A model generated the notes under the pieces. The model was not told the DNA's origin, did no database searches, and worked only from the letters and a program-made list of their open reading frames with translations. Source: Thermoanaerobaculia bacterium (lineage in GTDB: Bacteria; Acidobacteriota; Thermoanaerobaculia; UBA5066). Taken from it: a stretch of 64,000 nt of DNA. The first letter of the stretch is position 1. Each line of letters opens with the position of its first letter. The stretch is taken from the NCBI GenBank assembly GCA_963719225.1, contig CAVRAY010000001.1:352001-416000 (forward strand), read 5' to 3'. The translations under genes and the position numbers were made by a program. Shown here piece by piece: positions 19,544 through 28,754 of the stretch.

Positions 19544-20622
19544 CGATCTGATAGACGAGCGCGCGAGGAGCCCGCCACCGGCAGCGTGACGAGCCACGCG
19601 AGGAGCATCTCGCGGACGGTCCGCCACTGGATCCGGCTCTCCTTCGACTCGGCCCCGATCCCGATGATCGCCCCCGAGGACACGTGCGTCGTCGAGACGG
19701 GAAGCGCCCAGAAGGAAGCGGCGCTCACGAGCGCGCGAGGTCGTGAGGTTCGCGAGGAGGCCGTCGTCGTGGCCGATGCGTGTGACCTTTCGCGCGAGCG
19801 TCTCCGTCACGCGGAAGCCCCCGAGGAAGCTGCCGAGGCTCATCGCCACGGCGACGAGCGCGTAGAACCCGAACGCGCGAGATGCCGAAACCGGCCGTCG
19901 CCGCGATGCCGAGAGCGAGGATCTTCGGCGTGTCGTTGAGCCCGCGGAAGAAGCTCGTCGCACCCGCCGAAGTCCAGTGCAGCGAGTCGAGGAGCGCCCA
20001 CGCGCACAAGCGTCTCGGGCGGGCAGTCGGATGAGGCGACGAGGTCCAGCGTGGGGAGGGGAGACGCGAACGCCACGCCGGCCGCCGCGGGAACGGGCTC
20101 CCGCCGCTCGACGCAGACGCAGAACCGGTGCGCGCGGCGAAAGACGGGGAGAACGGCGGGCGCGAGGAGCAGCACGATCGCGGCGGAGATCACGGGCGAG
20201 AGCGCGAGCGGCAGCGCAACCTTCTTCGCGACCGCCGCCCAGGCGACGCCCGGGGCGCCCGACGCGGCGAGACCGGCGCCGCAGAGGGCGCCCGGCAAGC
20301 GCATGCGTCGTCGAGACGGGAAGCCCCGTGCGGGTCGCGAAGAGAAGCCACCCGATCGCGCCGCAGGCGACCGAAAGGAGAAGAGCGTTGCCGCTTCCGG
20401 CGGATTCACGAGGAGCCCCTTGCCGCTGAAGGTCGCGACGAGTCCCTGAGAGAAGAATGCGGCCACGAGTCCTCCCGCGAGCGTCCACGCCGTGCCCCAC
20501 GCGACCGCGGTCCGGTACCTGGTCGTTCCCGAGCCGACGAGCGTTGCGATGCCCTTCGACACGTCGTTCGCGCCGTTCGCGAACGCGAGGCCGAGCGTCA
20601 GGAGAACGAGGACGACGCCCAT
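19536..20622 (-). CDS. PiT-family inorganic phosphate transporter (about 6 frame switches)
   Basis: 'FANGANDVSKGIATLVGSG', 'GLPVSTTHAL', 'GLNDTPK' and 'LPVSTTHVSSGAIIG' are spread across several frames. The ATG overlaps the upstream stop; reconstructed TAA at 19536-19538. Confidence 0.8.
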
Positions 20623-23120
20623 CAACAGCAGCTCGTCCCGTCGGCGCCCGGCGCGCAGCACGCGTAACCGGCGCGCTCTTCACCCGGCTCGAGGATCGCG
20701 AAGAAGCCCTGGTACGGGGGATGCGAGAGCTTCGCGACGGTGTCGGTGCAGATTTCGTAAGGCTCGTTGCGCGGGAACTGGTGACCCTCCTCGTCGACGA
20801 AGGCCTTGCCAGGCCCGAGGTAGACGGCGCGATGGCCCTGGAAGACGCAGCCTGAGGTCTTCTCGAACTTGAAGCCCCGTACCGTGACGGAGAAGAAGGG
20901 ATATCCCTCGACGTCCTTCCAGTAGCTCTTTTTCAGGATCTCGAGGCCGTAGAACCCGGCGCGTTCGAGGCCGGCGAGGAAGCCCTCCTGCGTGAGCGCG
21001 CCTACGAGGCACTCGCCCCACAGCCGCGGGTTCGTCTTGAGGTGCGGCGGCACGTCCTCTTCCGAGACGATGTCCGAGATCACGATGCGCCCGTGATCCT
21101 TCAGGACACGCCAGATCTCCTCGAAGACGCGCGGCTTGTCGGGCGAGAGGTTCACGACGCAGTTCGAGGTGACGAGGTCGACGGTTTTCGATTCCACGGG
21201 GATCTTCTCGAGGAACCCTTCGCGGAACTCGACGACGTCGTATCCGAGCGCCGCGGCCACGATCGGCTTGTTCTCGTGCGCGACCGCCAGCATCCGGTCC
21301 GTCATGTCGACGCCGATGGCCTTCCCCGTTCCTCCGACGAACTTCGCCGCGATGAAGACGTCGATGCCCGCCCCCGAGCCGAGGTCGACGACGGTCTCGC
21401 CTTCCCGGATTCCGGCGGTCGTCATGGGCGAGCCGCACCCGTAGAAGCGGTCGATCACGTCCTTGGGGATGTGGGAAACCGCCGCGTCGTCGTATTTCGT
21501 CGGGCAGCACAGCTCGGGCTGCGGCGTCTCGGCCGCGGCGCCGTAGAACTCGCGCATCTTCGCGCGCGGCTTGTCGACGTCGAACGAGAGGACGCAGTTG
21601 GAATGAAGCGTCAGCACCGCCTTCTCGGCGAGCGTTCCGTCGGCGGTTCCGCAGGCGATCGCGCCTTCTCCCATCGCATGGAGGACGAGCGGCGCGTCGT
21701 ATCCGGAACGCACGTTCCGCCGTCCTCTCTTCTCGCGGCCGAGGTCGGTCATGACCCTCTTCGTGAGCGCGACGGAGATCGGGTAGTAGGGATCGTCGCC
21801 GAGGAAGTCTCCGCCGGAGAAGCACCACGCGTGCTCGAGATCCCCGCCGCCCGTGAAGAAGCGGAAGGGATCGCCGTTCATCGACGGCTTCCGGGCGAGC
21901 GTGGCGGCCCGAAGCGTCCTGACGATCGGCGACGTTTCGAGGACCTCGCGAAGATCCTGCCGCGAGACGTCGCCGCAGACGAGCGCCGGCTCGTTCGCGA
22001 GGGCCGCGGTCGGGTAGACCTTGCCGTCCGCGTACACGCAGATCGAGTCCCAGCCGGCGTTTCCGAGGTCGTACTTGACGCCCGGGACGCCGTTCACGCG
22101 GCGCTTGATCGCCTCGAGGTTGTCGAGCGTGGTTCCCTCGCGTGCCGCGGCATCCGCGACGGCGAGAACTGCCTTGAGGAGAAGGACGTTCTCCGGAAAG
22201 AAGCCGTTTCCGCTCTCGAGCGCACGGCCGCGCCGGTGGCTCCACATGAGGTGCTGGCTCTTCGCGCCGACGCGCTTGACGAGGGCGGGGATCTCGACGA
22301 GCTCGGAGAGGTTCTCCTCGGTCGTGACCGTCGTCAGGGAGACGTCGAAGCCCATGTCCGCGAGGAGCTTCGCGCCGTCGAGAGCCTTCACGAACGTGCC
22401 GCCTCCGCGGATCGGGTCGTTCGTCTCCGGGCGCGCGCCGTCGAGGGAGACCTGGAACTTCACGCGGGAACGATCGAGCGATTCGAGGCCATTCTTCACG
22501 GCGCCCACGAAGACGGTCGCGTTCGTGAGGACGATCATCTCGGCCCCGTGGGTCTCGGTGGCGCGCTTCGCGAGATCGAAGAGATCCTTCCTCAGGAACG
22601 GCTCCCCGCCCGTGACGTAGAGGCGTTCCATCCCGAGCTCGGCCGCGCGGTCGACGAGCTTCGCGAGGGCGGCGGGATCGATGCCCGGCGCGCCGCCGGG
22701 CCCCGACGAGACGAGGCAGTGCGTGCAGGTGAGGTTGCAGGCGTTGTTGATCTGCAGCCACAGCTCCCGAAGTCCCGACGGCTCGATGAGAGCGGCGCGG
22801 CCGGGGTATGGCGCCCGGGCGAACGGGGCGTCGTGCAGCATGCCCGCGCGGTCGAGGGCGCGGAGGAAGCCGTGGACGTGGACCCATGCCTTCCCCGCCT
22901 CGAGCTGGTGATCCGCGGCCCAGCGCGCGACGCAGGTTCCGAACGCGAGAGGCGCGCCGGCCTCCTCCGCGGTCCGAATCGCGCTGAGCAGCTCTCCGCC
23001 GCGCGCGTCGACGGCGATCCAGTTCGGCGCCTCGGGGTCGACGGCATAGAGGACGTCGTCCTCGGTGAACGTGTGGAACGCGGGCAAGTGGAGCGGAGTC
23101 CGCTCCGCGAGAACGGTCAT
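20622..23120 (-). CDS. Radical SAM / ArsM-like methyltransferase fusion protein (832 aa)
   Basis: GGAGG RBS. CNLTCTHC and TGGEP radical SAM motifs, then ArsM motifs 'LCCP', 'FYGCGSP', 'DLGSGAGID', 'SNCVVNL', 'WGECLVGA'; ends 'YACC...TSCC'. Confidence 0.9.
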   Translation of the reverse strand: MTVLAERTPLHLPAFHTFTEDDVLYAVDPEAPNWIAVDARGGELLSAIRTAEEAGAPLAFGTCVARWAADHQLEAGKAWVHVHGFLRALDRAGMLHDAPFARAPYPGRAALIEPSGLRELWLQINNACNLTCTHCLVSSGPGGAPGIDPAALAKLVDRAAELGMERLYVTGGEPFLRKDLFDLAKRATETHGAEMIVLTNATVFVGAVKNGLESLDRSRVKFQVSLDGARPETNDPIRGGGTFVKALDGAKLLADMGFDVSLTTVTTEENLSELVEIPALVKRVGAKSQHLMWSHRRGRALESGNGFFPENVLLLKAVLAVADAAAREGTTLDNLEAIKRRVNGVPGVKYDLGNAGWDSICVYADGKVYPTAALANEPALVCGDVSRQDLREVLETSPIVRTLRAATLARKPSMNGDPFRFFTGGGDLEHAWCFSGGDFLGDDPYYPISVALTKRVMTDLGREKRGRRNVRSGYDAPLVLHAMGEGAIACGTADGTLAEKAVLTLHSNCVLSFDVDKPRAKMREFYGAAAETPQPELCCPTKYDDAAVSHIPKDVIDRFYGCGSPMTTAGIREGETVVDLGSGAGIDVFIAAKFVGGTGKAIGVDMTDRMLAVAHENKPIVAAALGYDVVEFREGFLEKIPVESKTVDLVTSNCVVNLSPDKPRVFEEIWRVLKDHGRIVISDIVSEEDVPPHLKTNPRLWGECLVGALTQEGFLAGLERAGFYGLEILKKSYWKDVEGYPFFSVTVRGFKFEKTSGCVFQGHRAVYLGPGKAFVDEEGHQFPRNEPYEICTDTVAKLSHPPYQGFFAILEPGEERAGYACCAPGADGTSCC

Positions 23121-23169
23121 CGCCAACCTCCTGGAACTTCGCGGGGGTTTCTCGTGCGGGAGAGGGGCT

Positions 23170-23862
23170 TCAGGCGGCGGCCGGGGCGGGAGGGGCGCGC
23201 GCGGGCGCGACCGGGCGGAACCCGTGGGTGAACGCCGGACGGACGCGCGCGGGAGGGGCGGGGACGGGACGAAGCGAAACGAGGAGCGTCGCGAGCGCGG
23301 GATCCAGGTCCGGCCCCGACGCGAGCACCGCGAGGTCGGACGGGCGATCCACGTCGAGGAGCGGGTCCAGCAGGGCCGCGCCGGGCGCGTTGCGGAGGAG
23401 AGCCCAAAAGACGCCCGCCGTCCGCCACGGCACTTCTTGGAAGAGTCCCGAAAGGTCGGTTGCCGCGCGCGACCCGATCAGCCAGACGCCGCCGTCCGGG
23501 GACGGGCCGAGCACGATCTCCCGCGTTTCGAGCGCGAGGAAGGCGGCGGCCAGCTGCGCTTCGCAAAGGCCGGGGACGTCTCCCGGCACCGCGACGATCT
23601 CCGAGTAGCCGCGCGCGCGCGCGTCCTGGAAGGCGTTCTTCAGGCGTTCGCCGAATCCGCGGCCGCGCTGCGGCAGGACGCTCGCCCGTTCGTGCGAGAG
23701 GCCTTCACCCGCGACGACCAGGTCGACTCCGAGAGTCCGCGTCACGTCGGACACGCGCCGCATCGAGAACGCGAAGAGCCGGCCGCCGCCCGGCATTCTC
23801 TTCATCGCCCCTTCGCGGAGAGGGGACCTCGAAAACAGCAGGACGCACCGGGATGGGCTCAC
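23170..23862 (-). CDS. DUF2064/TIGR04282-like glycosyltransferase
   Basis: 'QRGRGFGERLKNAF', 'VPGDVP', 'VLGPSPDGGVWLIG', 'VPW', 'DVDRPSDL'. Confidence 0.85.
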   Translation of the reverse strand: MSPSRCVLLFSRSPLREGAMKRMPGGGRLFAFSMRRVSDVTRTLGVDLVVAGEGLSHERASVLPQRGRGFGERLKNAFQDARARGYSEIVAVPGDVPGLCEAQLAAAFLALETREIVLGPSPDGGVWLIGSRAATDLSGLFQEVPWRTAGVFWALLRNAPGAALLDPLLDVDRPSDLAVLASGPDLDPALATLLVSLRPVPAPPARVRPAFTHGFRPVAPARAPPAPAAA

Positions 23863-24062
23863 GTGTCTGACTTCTGAATGCTAATACGACCCTCCCGCAT
23901 TCCCCGGATCATGTGGACGGGATCTCCGTCGCGGGGGGGCGGGCCTCCCTCAGCCCTACGGCTCTCTGATTTTTCCGCGGATTCTGAAACCTTTTCGGAC
24001 CGATTGCGTCTTCTTTCTTGAAGCGAGGCCCCCGGGGGCGGAAAAAGGTGAACGAGGGAATC

Positions 24063-24341
24063 ATGGAAACGGCCGCAGAACTTCACGAGGCGAGAGTCCT
24101 CAGGGCGCGAATCGAGATGAAAGAGGCCGAAATGGCGGCCCTCGACGGAAGCGTTCCGCCGGACGAACGCGCGCGGCGCGCCGAGGAGATGGGGAACGAG
24201 ATCTCGCACATGAAAGAGGACTACCGGCGGGTCCTCGCGCGCCAGGCCGACGAGGACTATTCCCGCCGCCGCGCCGAGTGGCGTGCCCAGCAGGGCCGTC
24301 GCGCGTCCTGCCGCCGCTCCGGCACGAGCGCCTGCGCCTGA
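24063..24341 (+). CDS. Small coiled-coil hypothetical protein
   Basis: GAGGG RBS-like element and an E/R/A-rich helical sequence. Confidence 0.5.
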   Translation: METAAELHEARVLRARIEMKEAEMAALDGSVPPDERARRAEEMGNEISHMKEDYRRVLARQADEDYSRRRAEWRAQQGRRASCRRSGTSACA

Positions 24342-24347
24342 ACCAGG

Positions 24348-24806
24348 CTACTTCTTCGAGACCTCGAAGCTGATCTTGATCGTCCTGGCGATCTTGTAAT
24401 CGTTCGTGAACATCTTCACGAACATCGAGTTCGTGTCGTCGATCTTTCCCTTGTCGAGCGTCGCCGTCCGGTCGTTCTCGCCGAACGGCTTGCCGCCCTT
24501 GCCGCCCGGGATCGTGACGACGTACTTGCACTTGTAGTCCTTGTCACGGTCCCGGTTCGAGTAGCGGAACTCCACGACCATCGTGTGCTTGTCGTTCAGG
24601 TCCTTCTGGGCCTTCTGGAAGTCGTCGGAGTCGGGCCAATGCCGGATGCGGAAGGACTCGATCGTCACGTCTCCGACCTTGATCCCGATCTTGATGTCCT
24701 TGTCGCCTTCGAAGGGAAAGGTGCGGTCGAATTTTCCCGACTGGGCGAAAGCGGAAAAGCACGCGAGCAGCGCGGCCGCGAGAGCGGCAAAGCGAAGCCG
24801 TTTCAT
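24348..24806 (-). CDS. Secreted hypothetical protein
   Basis: GGAGG RBS, signal peptide ending 'SAFA', and typical codon usage. Confidence 0.7.
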   Translation of the reverse strand: MKRLRFAALAAALLACFSAFAQSGKFDRTFPFEGDKDIKIGIKVGDVTIESFRIRHWPDSDDFQKAQKDLNDKHTMVVEFRYSNRDRDKDYKCKYVVTIPGGKGGKPFGENDRTATLDKGKIDDTNSMFVKMFTNDYKIARTIKISFEVSKK

Positions 24807-24831
24807 ACAGGAACCTCCATTCCCGCGAATC

Positions 24832-25743
24832 TTAGCTCCCGCCGCCGAGGGACTCGTAGACCGTGAGGAGGGCCTGCGTGCCGTCCTCGGCGCGGCCGCC
24901 GGCCTCGAGCGCCGCGAGGAGCTGATGAACGAGCGCGGTGCCCGGAAGAGGAATGCCCCGCGCCCGGGCGCTCCTCAGGACGATCGCGAGGTCCTTCTGC
25001 TGGTGCTTGACCGCGAAGGCCGGCTTGAAGTCACGGTCGATCATCTTCTTTCCGAGCACCTCGAGCGCCCACGAGTTCGCCGCCCCCGAGGTGAGCGCTT
25101 CGTGAAGGGACGCCAGCGGAAGGCCGGCTTTCGCGGCGAACGCGAGCGCTTCCGAGACTCCCATGAGGTTGTTCGCCACGAGAATCTGGTTCGCCGCCTT
25201 GCCGAGCTGGCCCGCTCCCGAAGGCCCGAGGGGCGTGAGCCGGCGGCCCATCGCCTGGAAGACCGGCCGCGCTCTCTCGAGCGCCGCGGCGTCTCCGCCG
25301 ATGAAGAACGTGAGAGTTCCCTCGATCGCCCCCTTCTGCCCGCCCGACACGGGCGCGTCCAGGAACGCGAGGCCCTTCTCTTCGAGTCGCGCCGCGATCG
25401 CGCGCGCGGCCTCGGCGGCGATCGTCGAGCAGTCGACGACGATCGTGCCCTTCCGCGCGCCCTCGACCGTGCCGTCCGTGCCGAGATGGACGTCCTCGAC
25501 CTCGGGCGCGTCCGGGACGCACGAGACCACGACGTCGGCGCCTCGGGCGGCGGCGGCCGGCGTCGCCGCCGCACGCGCGTCGCATCCCTCCGTCGAGAGA
25601 GCGCGCGCGAACGCCTCCGCCTTGCCGGGAGTCCGCGTCGCGACGGCAAGGGGGAAGCCCGCCTTCGCGATGTTCCTGGCCATGCCCTGACCCATCGTGC
25701 CGAGTCCGATGAAGGCGACGCGCGTCGAGGAAGGTTCGCTCAT
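24832..25743 (-). CDS. NAD(P)-dependent beta-hydroxyacid dehydrogenase (tartronate semialdehyde reductase-like)
   Basis: 'FIGLGTMGQGMA', 'DCSTI', 'FLDAPVSGG', 'KAANQ', 'KDL'. Confidence 0.9.
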   Translation of the reverse strand: MSEPSSTRVAFIGLGTMGQGMARNIAKAGFPLAVATRTPGKAEAFARALSTEGCDARAAATPAAAARGADVVVSCVPDAPEVEDVHLGTDGTVEGARKGTIVVDCSTIAAEAARAIAARLEEKGLAFLDAPVSGGQKGAIEGTLTFFIGGDAAALERARPVFQAMGRRLTPLGPSGAGQLGKAANQILVANNLMGVSEALAFAAKAGLPLASLHEALTSGAANSWALEVLGKKMIDRDFKPAFAVKHQQKDLAIVLRSARARGIPLPGTALVHQLLAALEAGGRAEDGTQALLTVYESLGGGS

Positions 25744-25779
25744 GGTGGAAGCGAGTTTAGTTCCTGCTACCATTCCATC

Positions 25780-26364
25780 GTGAAACCGGGAGTCGACGCG
25801 ACTCTCGCGGCCGGGGCGGCCGCGGTCCTTGCCGCCGTGTCGCTCTCCCACCTTCCCGTCGCGCGATTCCTGCACTACCTCTCGTTCACGGGAGACGTGG
25901 ACCTCGGCCGGCTCGCGTGGTTCGCGCCCGCGGCGATCCTCGGCGCTTTCCTCTTCGAGCGCGTGGTGCGGGGCACTTTCTACGGCTGGCTCCGAACGAG
26001 GCTGCCGGCCGGGATGGCCGCGCCCGTCGTCGCCGCGATCGGCGCGGTTCCCGTCGCGGGGCTGCGCCTTTGGCTCGCTCCGCGTTTTGCGGCTCCCCCC
26101 TTCCTCGCGATCACGCACGCGTATCTCGTCGCGTTCACGCTCGGCCTGGGCCTGACCTTGCTCGCGCTCGGCACGGGCGCGACGTGGCCCGGCGGCGCCG
26201 CTCTCGCGTTAATCTGGCTCGTGAAGGGGACGCTGCCCGTCGCCTTTCACGGGCGCCCGGTCCCCGTTCTCGAGCTCGTGGCCGCGGCCCTCGGCGCCGT
26301 TGCCGTGGCTCTGGTCCTGATGAAACCGCTCGCCCCTCACCGCGACGCGCTGTGGGGTGCATGA
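25780..26364 (+). CDS. Hypothetical membrane protein
   Basis: Hydrophobic C-terminal part of ORF 24583..26364, starting at GTG 25780. Confidence 0.55.
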   Translation: MKPGVDATLAAGAAAVLAAVSLSHLPVARFLHYLSFTGDVDLGRLAWFAPAAILGAFLFERVVRGTFYGWLRTRLPAGMAAPVVAAIGAVPVAGLRLWLAPRFAAPPFLAITHAYLVAFTLGLGLTLLALGTGATWPGGAALALIWLVKGTLPVAFHGRPVPVLELVAAALGAVAVALVLMKPLAPHRDALWGA

Positions 26365-26392
26365 GAGAGGAGATAAGAGTGGAGGTGTCCAC

Positions 26393-26962
26393 ATGAGCGC
26401 GGTTGCGTCGCGTCTCAGGCAGCTCGACCTCTTCCTCGAGGAGCCGCCGTCCTCCGCCGAGCTTGGCGCCGAAGAGGTGGCGCTCCAGGCCCGTTACGAC
26501 GCCCTGGCCGATTCCTGGAGCCTTCCGCGGGCGCACGTGATTCTCTCGACGCGGCGCGCGACCGGCGGCGTTATCACCTACGGCCCGCCGCACGTGATCC
26601 GCATCTCGAGCCACATGTCCTCGGAGGACCGCCTCCAGACGCTGCTGCACGAGACGGCGCACGCGATCTGCTTCGCGCGCTGGGGCGTCGCGGAAGGCCA
26701 TTCGCCGCGCTTCTGGTCCCTCGCGAAAAAGCTCGGCGTCGTACGAAAGGTCGCGCCGGAGACCGAGCGCCTGCGCCGCGTGCGCGAGGCGAACGCGCGT
26801 TACGCGTACCGTTGCCCGGGGTGCACGGCCGAATGGACACGCCGCACTCCCTTCGGGCGTGCGCGCCTCTGCGCGTCCTGCGAGCGCGCGGGACGCCCGG
26901 CACGCCTCATTCTCGTCCGCCGCCCGAAGCCGGCGCGCCGGCGGGCGGCGCGCTCGCGCTGA
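26393..26962 (+). CDS. SprT-like zinc metalloprotease
   Basis: GGAGG RBS; 'TLLHETAH', 'GHSPRF' and a C-terminal CPGC...CASC zinc ribbon. Confidence 0.8.
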   Translation: MSAVASRLRQLDLFLEEPPSSAELGAEEVALQARYDALADSWSLPRAHVILSTRRATGGVITYGPPHVIRISSHMSSEDRLQTLLHETAHAICFARWGVAEGHSPRFWSLAKKLGVVRKVAPETERLRRVREANARYAYRCPGCTAEWTRRTPFGRARLCASCERAGRPARLILVRRPKPARRRAARSR

Positions 26963-28745
26963 GCGGGGCGTCCAGCCGGAAGACGGGCACGAGGCCGACG
27001 GTCTCGTCGAACCAGGGCGTCCGGCGGTAGAAGAAGCGGTGGCGCGCGCGCGCGTCGCCCGCGAACACCGGATCCCTGAGCTTCTCCTCCCACTCCGCCT
27101 TCAGCGCGGGGTCCTTCGCGAGCATTTCCCGGGCGAGCGCATCGAGGACGCGCGTGTCCATGTATTCCTTCTCCTCGAGGCACGAAGAGAGCTCGCCCCA
27201 GGCGAAGAGGGAGTCGGGACTCTCGGGCTCGAGAAGGGCGATCGCCACGTTCGCGAGCTCCGTGTCGAGCGGCACGTGGAGCGAGCCGGCCGGGATCACG
27301 CGCGTCTCTTTCGCGCGCGCGATCTTCGCCTCCACGCGCACGCGCCCCTGGTACGAGCTCTTCGCGAAGACGGCCGAGGAGGCGCGCGACGTCCCGACGG
27401 CAAGCGTGCGGGCCGCGGGGAGCACGTCGTACCGGATGCCGTGCGCCTTCAGTCGTTCTTCCACGTTCCCGAAGCCCGGCGGGATCAGGTACGCCGCGGG
27501 GCGCGGCACCGTCACGGTCGCCCGCGCGTGCTCGAGGCTCGGAACGTGGATCGTCTTCCTGCGTGTCGGGTCCCAGCGCACGACCGGCCGGCCCGTGACC
27601 TCCGAGACGGCCTGCCTCCACTCGTACGTCGGAAAGGCGACGGTCTCCGGCCGCGCGGGATCTCCTTCGGCCGCGACGACGATGGGTGCGCCGGGGGGAG
27701 CCGTGCGCGCGGCCGAGCGCGCCTTCTCGCGCGCTTCCAGAAGGCCTTTCGCGCTCCTGGCCGTGCGCTCGAGGAGGGCCCGGAGAAAGACGGCGTTCGA
27801 CCGGACGCGGTCGCCGAACGACTTGATCGCGTGCGTCTCGACGAGGATCGAGGGTACGTTCCGGACCGGAAAGTAGCCGGTGGAATACCGCGGGGAAAAG
27901 ACCGACGAGTCGAATCCCTTCATCGGATCGCCGGAGTCGCGGAAGTCGACGTACGCGTTGTTCGTGACGAAGCCTTCGCCCTCGACGTCGGACAGCGCCT
28001 TCGGGACGACGGACTTCAGCCAGCTCCGGAGCGGCTCCGGCGTGACGGGCTCGTTCGCGTACGAGACCGTGAGCGTCGCCTGGAAGTCTGCCCCGTCCGT
28101 CACGTGGTCGTCCACGAAGAGGTCCGGCTTCCAGGCGTCCGCGAGAGCGAGGAGCGCGCGCGTCTCTTTCGCGTCGGCCTTCACGAAGTCCCGGTTCAGG
28201 TCCAGGCCCCGCGCATTCGACCGGAAGCCCATCTCCTCGGGACCGTTCTGGTTCGGACGGTTGTACGGCGAGACCCGCACGTACCCGTCGACGTTGTAGA
28301 CGACGACCGCCACGAGCGTGACGCCGTCGAAGAGCTCGAGCCGGTTCGTGAGCGCGATGTCGCGCAGGAGCATCAGGGTCGCGTCGGTGCCGTCCACCTC
28401 GCCGGCATGAATGGAGTTCAGGACGAGGACCACGGGCTTCGCGCTCTTGAAACGCTCGGCGGGGTCGAAGAGCTTGTCTTTCGAGGCCACGACCACCGGG
28501 ATGCGCCGCCCCTGCTCGCTCGGGCCGATGAACGAAACACGGAGGTAAGGTGACAGCCGCTCGAGACGCGTCAGGAAAGCGAGCACCTCGTCGTACGTCT
28601 GGGTTTTCCGGAAGCCTGTCAGTTCCCCTTGCGTGAGGAGGTCGGGAGGCACGGGGATCTGGGGACGCTGTGCCGCGCACGTCGCGGCTGAGATGAGGAA
28701 GGCGAAGAGGACGGCCGCAGGAATGGCGAGGGGACGTGCGTGCAT
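26907..28745 (-). CDS. Secreted M14 zinc carboxypeptidase
   Basis: Signal peptide; 'SIHAGE', 'YNVDG', 'DLNRDF', 'DDHVTDG'. Confidence 0.88.
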   Translation of the reverse strand: MHARPLAIPAAVLFAFLISAATCAAQRPQIPVPPDLLTQGELTGFRKTQTYDEVLAFLTRLERLSPYLRVSFIGPSEQGRRIPVVVASKDKLFDPAERFKSAKPVVLVLNSIHAGEVDGTDATLMLLRDIALTNRLELFDGVTLVAVVVYNVDGYVRVSPYNRPNQNGPEEMGFRSNARGLDLNRDFVKADAKETRALLALADAWKPDLFVDDHVTDGADFQATLTVSYANEPVTPEPLRSWLKSVVPKALSDVEGEGFVTNNAYVDFRDSGDPMKGFDSSVFSPRYSTGYFPVRNVPSILVETHAIKSFGDRVRSNAVFLRALLERTARSAKGLLEAREKARSAARTAPPGAPIVVAAEGDPARPETVAFPTYEWRQAVSEVTGRPVVRWDPTRRKTIHVPSLEHARATVTVPRPAAYLIPPGFGNVEERLKAHGIRYDVLPAARTLAVGTSRASSAVFAKSSYQGRVRVEAKIARAKETRVIPAGSLHVPLDTELANVAIALLEPESPDSLFAWGELSSCLEEKEYMDTRVLDALAREMLAKDPALKAEWEEKLRDPVFAGDARARHRFFYRRTPWFDETVGLVPVFRLDAPLSASAPPAGAPASGGGRE

Positions 28746-28754
28746 GGGTGGAGG

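Noticed and set aside
15829-20420. Programmed frameshifting in the ars genes
   Set aside because: There are too many shifts, mostly without slippery motifs. Sequencing error or decay is simpler.
20615-20660. Selenocysteine readthrough at the fusion gene's TGA
   Set aside because: The TGA overlaps the ATG of the PiT gene (ordinary coupling), and no homologous extension or SECIS-like hairpin was evident.
24063-24341. Small ORF as a RiPP precursor for the radical SAM enzyme
   Set aside because: It is divergently oriented and coiled-coil-like with no leader/core pattern. The ArsM domain points to a small-molecule substrate instead.
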